Assembly (NCBI RefSeq): GCF_006345805.1
Contig: NW_021828938.1
Span: forward strand, 1 to 7,228
DNA: 7,228 nucleotides
Reading direction: 5' to 3'
From: Octopus sinensis
Lineage: Eukaryota
A program made the translations under genes and the position numbers. Below are positions 1-7,221 of the stretch, piece after piece (within the stretch, counting starts at the first letter, position 1; every line of letters begins with the position of its first letter). The notes beneath the pieces are model-generated. The model did not search any database, had not been told where the DNA came from, and was given only the letters and a program-made list of their open reading frames with translations.

Positions 1-334
1 ATATTTGAGGGGGAAAATAATAATTAGATAAATGACTGAATGGAAGCCAGAGAGAGAATGAAAGTAAATAAATAAGAAATACGATGATGAGATACGAGGG
101 GCATATTTTCGGAGGAGAATGGAATAAGCATCGAAGATGGCGTTGAAAGAAAGGATAAACTTTAAAAATGCATGAAGTCGCCATGTTTAGAGAAGAGAGA
201 AACGAAAGGGGGAACAGATCAAACAAAACGCTTAAAAATATGAAAAGAGCAGGTTGAGATTTTTGACTTAACTGGCCATTTTTGAAATCCGTGTTTTCTC
301 TGAAGGTGTAGCGATTAAATGAGGATGAGATATG

Positions 335-383
335 ATATATATATACATACATACATATATATATATATACATACATATATATA
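335..383. repeat. (TA)n/(TACA)n compound microsatellite flanking the 3' tail of the - strand LINE copy
   Basis: Directly visible: atatatatatacatacatacatatatatatatatacatacatatatata. Confidence 0.95.
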
Positions 384-407
384 TGATTGATTGATTGATT
401 GATTGAT
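384..407 (-). repeat. (ATCA)6 3' terminal tandem-repeat tail of the - strand copy
   Basis: (TGAT)6 on the + strand at 384-407; the same unit forms the tail at 7202-7221. Confidence 0.93.
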
Positions 408-502
408 TCTAGTTTCAGCTTATGAGCTGTGGCCATGCTGGGGCACCGCCATTTGGTGTTGCTATTGGTTTCACTTCATGAAAGATTTCTAGCAACTGCC
501 AT

Positions 503-1892
503 TGGTGCATGAGAGAGTTCGATGCAGCTGCCCTCATCTGCCCCTCCTGCCGTGAAGTTGGTTCATCAGGAACACCTGACAGGAAGAGATCCAGCTCCAT
601 TTTAAAGACATTGCATCCCCCCATGCAGGTCTCTCAGGTTCTTCGGGAGGATATTGAAGAGCTGGGGCCCGGACGCCCAGGCTATCACAGAATCTTGTCT
701 ACATCTTGATGGCAGTTTGGAGTCCTAGCCACCACGCAGTGGCGCCCAGTTCTGGCATTTGCGTAACTCTCAATGCAAAAGTTCAGGACACGTCCCTCCA
801 GGATCTTCCAGATGTATATTATGGATATCTTTCCCGCCTACGCTCAGGGAATATAGTTTTAGTCTCTGAGTCTTTCCCAGTAGCTTGCATTCTGCATAGA
901 GGCTATCTTTTCGTGTAGCTACGTTGGATCGCTCGAGCTCTGTGATCAACTTGACACTGGATGGTGACCATAATGAGAGCAGTAGTCAAAGTGGCTTAGG
1001 ACAAGTTCCTCAGAGGACCATCTGGTTTCTTGTTCTCTTGTTCTAAAGTTCTGAGGATCCATCCGGCCAGTCGTCTACATTTCATTGCCAATTTAGCAAC
1101 ATGTACACGAAAGGTCGCGTCATCACTCATGTAAATACCTAGGTCACGCAACTGATTGTGCCTCTGGGATTGCTATTCCTCCGGGTCCAGTGTATTCATT
1201 GGGTATTGCATTTAGTTTTGCATGCTGATAGTATAGAGCTTGAAACTTTTCAGCATTGAACTGCATGCTATTCTTTTCGGCCCACTTGTTATATTTTGTC
1301 TAGCTACATTGCAGGTGTTAGTGTCCTCAGGGTTCTGTATTGCCTTGAAACTTTTGTATCATCTGCATAACTTGTGATCGTGGCTCTCTGCGTGGCTGAG
1401 GGCATGTCTGAGAGGGCCATTATGAACAGTATTGGTCCCAGAACAGTGCCCTGCGGAACACCGCTCATATTTGCGTGTTATGGAAGTGGCCCCATTGGCC
1501 ACTACCACCTGACTTATATCTTTCAGAAAGTCATGAAGCCATTCTCCCAGTTTTCCAACTATGTTGAGATCACGCAGTTCGTGACATATCATTCCATGAT
1601 CGACTTATCAAAGGCCTTTGCAAAGTCGAGATATATCACTTCCACATTTGAGTGGTTGAGCAGCCGTTTCAGCACCCAGTCATAATGTTGTAGGAGCTGA
1701 GTTAAACAGCTTCTCCTGGTCGGAAACCATGTTGGGTGTCGGGCAGCAAGTCATTCTCTTCAAGGAAGGTGATCAGCTTCCTTCTGATATTCGTTCCATG
1801 ACCTTGCTGATGTGTGGGTCAGAGAGATAGGTCTATAGTTCTTGGCTTCCGCTCTGCTACCTCCTTTATGAATGGGGCATATTTTACCTTCC
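503..1892 (-). pseudogene. Frameshifted ORF2 fragment: reverse transcriptase and C-terminal region
   Basis: Motif pieces in shifting frames: EGKICPIHKGG, NYRPISLT, DFAKAFD, GVPQGTV (intact codons near 1443-1463), YADD (1358-1369) and FKMELDLFLSGVPDEPT. The ORF end is approximate. Confidence 0.92.
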
Positions 1893-1957
1893 ATATATAT
1901 ATATATATATGGAAATATATATATATACACATATGGATATATATATATATGTACATA
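1893..1957. repeat. (AT)n-rich microsatellite at the 5' truncation junction
   Basis: (AT)9 at 1893-1910, followed by interrupted AT repeats. Confidence 0.93.
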
Positions 1958-2132
1958 TCTTGGGCAAGTGTCTTCTGCTATAGCCCCAGGCCGACCAATG
2001 CCTTGTGAGTGGATTTGGTAGACGGAAACTGAAAGAAGCCTGTCGTATATATGTATATATATATGTATGTGTGTGTGTTTGTGTGTTTGTGTTTTTTCCC
2101 GTAGCATTGCTTGACAACCGATGCTGGTGTGT
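1958..2132 (+). mobile_element. Internal fragment of an abundant octopus-type SINE (CORE-like part, internal (TA)/(TG) tract, start of the 3' part); head and tail missing
   Basis: CTTGGGCAAGTGTCTTCT.CTATAGCC..GGCCGACCAA.GCCTTGTGAGTGGATTTGGTAGACGGAAACTGAAAGAAGCC.GTCG-(TA)n(TG)n-TTGCTTGACAACCGATGCTGGTGTGT matches, from my recall, a very common Octopus SINE. CTTGGGCAAGT resembles the CORE-SINE domain. Not database-checked. Confidence 0.75.
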
Positions 2133-2189
2133 ATATATGGATATGTATATACATATATATGTATATATATATAATATTCATATATATAT
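2133..2189. repeat. Interrupted (TA)n microsatellite
   Basis: Directly visible. Confidence 0.9.
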
Positions 2190-2666
2190 TTTGTAGGGTA
2201 GTGACGTGTTGCTTTGCTCTGTGATATAAAAAACCAAAAAGGTTTGCATAAATCGACGAAAACTCATAAAAAACGTAGAACTTGCTATCTCATAGTGGTC
2301 TCCTTGGATATATTAGTTAAAAACCGTAATATATTTCGCTTCAAGCCAAATACAATACACTAAAGTTAATTACGCACGCCAGATTTCCCGTCGAAAAAAG
2401 CACGTGGTGACATCTTTTAAGTTTATTTCGAATCGACTCTAACAAGAAAAGAGAACCGTTTTTCTTTTATTTTTGAAAGAAAACCTCTTCGTATAGGGAG
2501 ATGATTTTGGGATTTCTACCTCTTATCATTTATTTATTTTCCCGTAATTCAAAGTGAGGGCCTATTCTCTGTTTACTTTCTTCAATAATCTTTCGGTTTC
2601 TGTTTCAGCTCCGTTACATCTCCCTAAAATTATTCAATTTCAGATAGGCATATATTTATTTGTTAC

Positions 2667-2672
<6 letters not shown>

Positions 2673-2702
<30 letters not shown>
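2673..2702. repeat. (TA)15 microsatellite, apparently inside the 5' UTR repeat region
   Basis: Pure (TA)15. Related repeat motifs occur on both sides (ATCTCCCTAAA at 2618 and 2719; a 27-nt repeat at 2584 and 2831). Confidence 0.93.
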
Positions 2703-2706
<4 letters not shown>

Positions 2707-2860
2707 CTCAGCCCCTCAATCTCCCTAAATATATAGGCACAAACATTAGAAGTATAGTCGCAATTAGTTTAGCTTAGAAGAAAATGTTTGTAGCTACGGA
2801 CAGATATATATCTATAATTTACATCCTGTTAATAATCTTTCGTTTTCTATTTCAGCTTTG

Positions 2861-3222
2861 TAACCTCCTCTCTTTCTTTTCTTTCTCTCTCTGTCTCTTC
2901 ACTTCTCTCTATCACATCATCTTTCTTCTCTCAGCTGCTCAATCTTCCTGAAAATATATAGACTCTCTCTCACTCTCTTCTTATCTTTTCTCAGCCGCTC
3001 AATCTTTTGCATAACCTCCTCTCTTTCATTTCTTTCTCTCTCTGGCTCTTCACTTCCCTCCCTCACACCTCTTTCCTTGTCTCTTCACTTCTCCACTTCT
3101 CTCTGTCACACCATCTTTACTCTCTCAGCCTCTCAATTTTTCTAAATATACAGACGCAAACTTTCTTCTCTTACTCTCTTCTTATCTTCTCTCAGCTCTC
3201 AATCTCTCTAAATACATAGACA
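2861..3222 (+). repeat. Degenerate pyrimidine-rich tandem duplication in the putative 5' UTR
   Basis: TAACCTCCTCTCTTTC starts at 2861 and 3012 (151 nt apart). CTCAGC(N)NCTCAAT recurs at 2930, 2990, 3124 and 3191, and also at 2707. Confidence 0.85.
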
Positions 3223-3308
3223 CTTTCTTTCTCTATTTCTTCTCTACCCTCTATCGCACTATTAAATTTTAAATATAATTAGATAGATAAATAAATAAAA
3301 TATCCAAA

Positions 3309-4205
3309 ATGTCCAGAACCTGGTAAAGTAACGAATTGGCATTGTTCTTGAGAGCCTGGCGATACGCCGACGGAGATAATCTGAACAGCATAATTACAGC
3401 TGCGCTGAAGAGCAGTGGATATAAAAGAACGATAGTGCACATAGAGCGAAAAAAGCAGGAGTTTATATGCTCCTATGCACTCATAAGATCTCACATTGGC
3501 ACGCTTGATGCCATCTTTAACAACGAACAAAGTAAAGATAGCAAGGATGAAGGCGCGGGTGCTGATGGAAGAGGTCGCCCCCACTTGGTGGACACCCAGG
3601 ACAGCAACAAAGAAGATTCAGGGGAGAAACCTGCCCGGAAAGTAAACTCAAGTGCAAGTGCTCCTACCAGCACCAAAAGCCAAAGCCAAAACCATGGAGA
3701 TGAAAGAGCCAAAAAACATATAAAAGGAGGAAAAACTTAAAGAAAAACAAAAGATGAAACAGCCAAAGAAGGAAAAACTAAAACTCAAACAAAACCAAAA
3801 GATTAAAGAGCCAAGGATAGAAGCAAACCTGACTATCCATGTACCAAAAAGGATAGAAACAGACAGCGCACACGAATGTGTAAATTCCACCAGAAAGGTG
3901 TCTGCTGGCATGGAGAGGAAGGTGCAGGCTGCCGTTTTGCACATCAAAGGCCCTGCCACATAAACACAAAACAGGTCAGAAACCAACTACCAAAAGGGAA
4001 AGGAATGGATCACACACCACCTGCCCCAAAACAGAGGTACGCAGATGTGGTGCATGCTACAAACCGCCAACATGTTATTGAAAGGGCAGCTGCTGAACAA
4101 GAATCTTTTTTGTGCATGGCACAAAAGATTGTACAGCAGCTAACCTGGCTCCATCAAACTCAAATTCGCAGATGGGACTATCCACAATACACAAGACCGC
4201 CATAG
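3309..4205 (+). pseudogene. LINE ORF1 (~298 codons): basic/charged low-complexity linker and CCCH zinc finger; three in-frame TAA stops, no frameshift
   Basis: ATG at 3309 (A at -3) is in the same frame as predicted ORFs 3336-3740 and 3876-4205. Stops lie at 3324, 3738 and 3804. Internal repeats show the likely originals: GGAAAAACT-AAA vs GGAAAAACT-TAA, and GAT-GAA-AGA-GCC vs GAT-TAA-AGA-GCC. C-X7-C-X8-C-X3-H lies at 3879-3944. Confidence 0.85.
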
Positions 4206-4255
4206 CAAATAGACCCAAGGTGAACACCGCCGGCAACAGTATACACCTCACCTCG

Positions 4256-4909
4256 ATGCTCCTACTGAACATCAGAGGACTGCAAACACTCAGTAATAGG
4301 ACAAAAATCCCGTTCTTGAGAGACTTTGTTGCATGCAATGAAGCCTTATGCATAACACATACGGAAACACACCTGAAACTGGACATAGCAGATGTGGAAA
4401 TACACATACCACAGTATGTTGTACTACGGACCGACAAAAAAGAAAGGAGTCATGGAGGAGATGCTATGTACACCCGTGGGGACCTCACACCCCAGGTCCT
4501 TTTGTCATAATCAAATTCGGTGTGTGACACACAAATTGTACATATAAGGATACTTGGTGTAGTTATATGTGCTACATATCACCCTCCAGATGCCCCAAGC
4601 CATGTAGGCAAGTTTGAAGACTGCCTTATAAAAAAAGAACAACACATAAGTGTACTTCTTATGGGAGACTTCAATCTACCAAATGTCAGATGGCTTGAGG
4701 GCCTTTCTCTCCCAGGAATGACACAATGTGAACGAGGACAGGCGAGGTCCCTCATGAACCTCATCAACACTCTGTACATGGAACAAGTAATACTCCAACC
4801 AGCCAGGGCAGGTAACATACTGGATCTCTGCTTCACAAATAATATGGATCTCATCCATAATGTGAAAGTGACGCCGACACTACTCTCGGATCACAACATG
4901 GTAGAGCTG
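4256..4909 (+). other. Apurinic/apyrimidinic endonuclease (EEP-family) domain of ORF2
   Basis: Motifs in order: LLNIRGL (N at 4268), TETHL (E at 4364), YHPP, MGDFN (GDFN at 4664-4675), GNILDLCFTN and LSDH (SDH at 4886-4894). Confidence 0.95.
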
Positions 4910-5699
4910 ACCATGTATGGGCCAAAGGAAAGCATGGACGTGCAGCCTACAAGAAGCTCTCAGAATCTTTCCAGCTTGAACTACCATAAATCAAACTGGA
5001 AACAAATTGAGAAAGAGATCCTCAAACAAAACTGGCCTGAATGTCTATCCTCGCCAGACATCGACATGAAACTTCACCGATTCATGTCTGTAATGCAAGC
5101 CATATGCTACAAATGTGTCCCAGAGAGAAAGGCCACTGTACACAAGAGCAAAATCCCCAGAGAGAGGAAAATTCTACAAAGGTTTCAAATCGCCTGAAAG
5201 CAGTGAAAAGTCCCGCCTGAAAATAAAACTGTTGGAATTTGAAAAATGTCTGCAACTCTCCCATGAAAAGGAAAGAGCAGACAAAGAAGCCTGGGCTATA
5301 GACAACATAAAAATCTAACCCCAGAGCTTTCTACAGGTATGCCAAAGAAACAGCTACGGTGCACTATAGGATAGGATCACTCCTCGAAAAGGATGAAACA
5401 CTAACAGAAAATCCAATGAGGGTAAGTGAAATACTAAATGAGCATTTCCAAATCAGCAATCCAACTGACTTCTTTACCACTGCAGATATAAAATCAGAGG
5501 CAGTGATGATTGATTACATCAATATAAAGGAAGACGATGTAATAAAGGCTATAGATGAGATGAAAACAAACTCAGCTACTGGCCCCGATGGATTCCCGGC
5601 AATCCTTCTAAAAGTATGTAAGAGAGTCCTAGCAAGACCACTGCAGTTCCTCTTTCAGAGCTTCCTTGCAGCTGGCAAACTTCCAAGAAAACTGAAGGT

Positions 5700-6460
5700 A
5701 GGTAAAATATGCCCTATTCATAAAGGAGGTAGCAGAGCGGAGGCCAAGAACTATAGACCTATCTCTCTGACCTCACACATCAGCAAGGTCATGGAACGAG
5801 TAGTTAGAACTAATCACCTTCCTTGAAGAAAATGACTTGCTGACTGACAACCAAAATGGTTTCCGACCAGGAAAAAGCTGCTTAACTCAGCTCCTACAAC
5901 ACTATGATTGGGTGCAGAAACGACTGCTCAACCACTCAAATGTGGAAGTGATATATTTCGACTTTGCAAAGGCCTTTGATAAAGTCGATCATGGAATGAT
6001 ATGTCACAAACTGCGTGATATCAACATAGTTGGAAAACTGGGAGAATGGCTTCATGACTTTCGGAATGATAGAAGTCAGGTGGTAGTAGCCAATGGGGGC
6101 ACTTCCATTAACACGCAAATAGTGAGCGGTGTCCCGTAGGGCACTGTTCTGGGACCACTACTGTTCATAATGGCCATCTCAGACAAGCCCTCAGCCACGC
6201 AGAGAGCCACGATCACAAGTTATGCAGATGATACAAAAGTTCACAGGCAATACAGAACCCTGAGGACACTAAAGACGCCTGCAATGTGAGCTGGACAAAT
6301 ATACAAGTGGGCTGAAAAGAATAGCATGCAGTTCAATGCTGAAAAGTTTCAAGCTTTATACTATCAGCATGCAAAACTAATGCAATAACCCAATGAATAC
6401 ACTGGACCCAGAGGAACAGCAATCCAGAGGCACAATCAGTGCGTGACTGGGTATTTACAT
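5700..6460 (+). other. Non-LTR reverse transcriptase domain of ORF2
   Basis: YRPISLTS (5752), QNGFRPGKSC (5852), YFDFAKAFDKVDH (D at 5960), GVP*GTVLGPLLF (6128), YADD (6221-6232), then MQFNAEKF and a frameshifted DLG motif. Boundaries are approximate. Confidence 0.95.
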
Positions 6461-7156
6461 GAGTGATGACGCAACCTTTCGTGTTCATGTTGCCTAAAAT
6501 TGGCAATGAAATGTAGACGCTTGGCCGGATGGATTCTCAGAACCTTTAGAACAAAGGACAAGAAACCATGATGGTCCTCTGGAGGACACTTGTCCTAACC
6601 ACTTTGACTATTGCTCTCAGTTAGGGTCACCATCCAGTGTCAAGTTGATCACAGAGCTCGAGGCGATCCAGCATAGCTACACGAAGAAGTAGCCTCTATG
6701 CAGAATGTAAGCTACTGGGAAAGACTCAAGAGATTAAAACTATATTTCCGTGAGTGTAGGCGGGAAAGATATGCCATAATATACATCTGGAGATCCTGGA
6801 GGGACGTGTCCCAAACTTGGCATCGAGAGTTACATAAATGCCAAACTGGGCGCCAATGCATGGTGCCTAGGACTCCAAATTTGCCATCAAGATGTAGGAC
6901 AAGATTACTGTGATAGCCTGGGCTTCCGAGGCCCACAGCTCTTCAATATCCTCCCGATGAACCTGAGAGACCTGCATGGGGTGGATGCAGATGTCTTTAA
7001 AATGAAATTGGATCTCTTCCTGTCAGGTATCCCGATGAACCAACTTCACGGCAGGAGGTGCAGATGAGGGTAGCTGCATCGAACTCTCTCATGCACCAAA
7101 TAGCAAATGGCTTTGCTAAAATGTGTTCGTGAAGTAAGACCAGTAGCAACACCAAA

Positions 7157-7193
7157 TGGCGGTGCACCCAGCATGGCCACAGCTCATGAGCTG
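7157..7193 (+). other. Two adjacent 3' stem-loops, putative RT recognition signal
   Basis: TGGC-G-GTGC-[ACCCA]-GCAT-G-GCCA (7157-7179) and CAGCT-[CATG]-AGCTG (7180-7193). The - copy (416-451) keeps both stems and differs only in the loops. Confidence 0.7.
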
Positions 7194-7201
7194 AAACTAG
7201 G

Positions 7202-7221
7202 ATCAATCAATCAATCAATCA
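7202..7221 (+). repeat. (ATCA)5 3' tail of the + strand LINE, followed by (TA)n to the window end
   Basis: Directly visible: G-(ATCA)5-TATATAT. Confidence 0.93.

Larger units (their letters stand above)
384..1892 (-). mobile_element. 5'-truncated non-LTR retrotransposon (LINE) copy: RT region, 3' UTR and tail
   Basis: Its reverse complement aligns end to end with 5697-7221. It starts GGAAGGTAAAATATGCCCC (compare 5697 GGTAGGTAAAATATGCCCT) and ends GCTGAAACTAGA(ATCA)6. Two 120-nt blocks compared by eye gave 4 and about 12 differences. Confidence 0.97.
4172..7132 (+). pseudogene. LINE ORF2 (APE endonuclease and reverse transcriptase), disrupted by stops and frameshifts
   Basis: Assembled from ORFs 4112-4510, 4520-5197, 5115-5318, 5359-5826, 5837-6139 and 6698-6913. 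Stops at 4508 (TAA) and 6137 (TAG in GVPQG). Frameshifts near 5180-5215, 5311 and 5810, and many after 6240. The start (ATG 4172 or 4256) and the end (TGA 7130) are tentative. Confidence 0.93.
2580..7221 (+). mobile_element. Near full-length APE-type LINE (CR1-like; 5' boundary uncertain, could extend to ~2192)
   Basis: Canonical order: pyrimidine-rich 5' UTR, ORF1, ORF2 (APE then RT), short 3' UTR with hairpins, (ATCA)n tail. C-terminal YWERLKRLKLY..E.RRERY resembles the CR1-group C-terminal block. The 5' limit is inferred only from internal repeats beginning near 2584. Confidence 0.93.

Noticed and set aside
1-334. Purine-rich unique-looking sequence at the window start
   Set aside because: No ORF, repeat unit or RNA motif that I can support; treated as unannotated flank.
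509-1685. + strand ORFs 509-709, 706-918 and 1374-1685
   Set aside because: Antisense shadows of the - strand RT fragment; their counterparts appear antisense to the + copy (5936-6118, 6712-6936, 6997-7206).
384-1892. Twin-priming 5' inversion as the origin of the inverted segment
   Set aside because: Twin priming inverts an internal part without duplicating the 3' tail. Here the whole 3' end and tail occur twice and the copies have diverged.
1889-1914. Perfect 26-nt palindrome TTCC(AT)9GGAA at the junction
   Set aside because: (AT)n is self-complementary and ATATGGA recurs in nearby tracts, so only four flanking bases are informative. That is too weak to infer fold-back priming.
1760-2196. 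ORFs rich in YIYI, HTHT or CVCV (1760-2107, 1814-2008, 1884-2117, 1978-2181, 2005-2196)
   Set aside because: Translations of stop-free (TA)n/(TG)n microsatellite; only the EGKICP...NYRPISLT part is real LINE coding sequence.
2554-3219. ORFs 2554-2736 and 3007-3219
   Set aside because: Low-complexity translations of (TA)n and CT-rich repeats, with non-ATG starts and no domain signal.
2707-3222. CRISPR-like reading of the recurring CTCAGC..CTCAAT motif
   Set aside because: Units are short, degenerate and irregularly spaced, the intervening sequences are related to each other, there are no cas genes, and the context is eukaryotic.
3279-5264. - strand ORFs opposite ORF1 and the endonuclease (3279-3584, 3491-3712, 3648-3986, 3778-3969, 4075-4437, 4579-4854, 4676-4858, 5082-5264)
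   Set aside because: Shadow ORFs of an A-rich coding strand, with no recognisable motifs.
5700-6460. Bacterial RT system (retron, DGR, group II intron, defence RT)
   Set aside because: The RT is fused downstream of an APE domain, preceded by an ORF1 and followed by a tandem-repeat tail, which is the non-LTR retrotransposon layout. No accessory genes or template/variable repeat pair are present.
384-7221. DNA transposon, DIRS or Penelope element with terminal inverted repeats
   Set aside because: No transposase, tyrosine recombinase or GIY-YIG motifs. The arms are RT-coding LINE 3' ends and the nuclease is APE-type.
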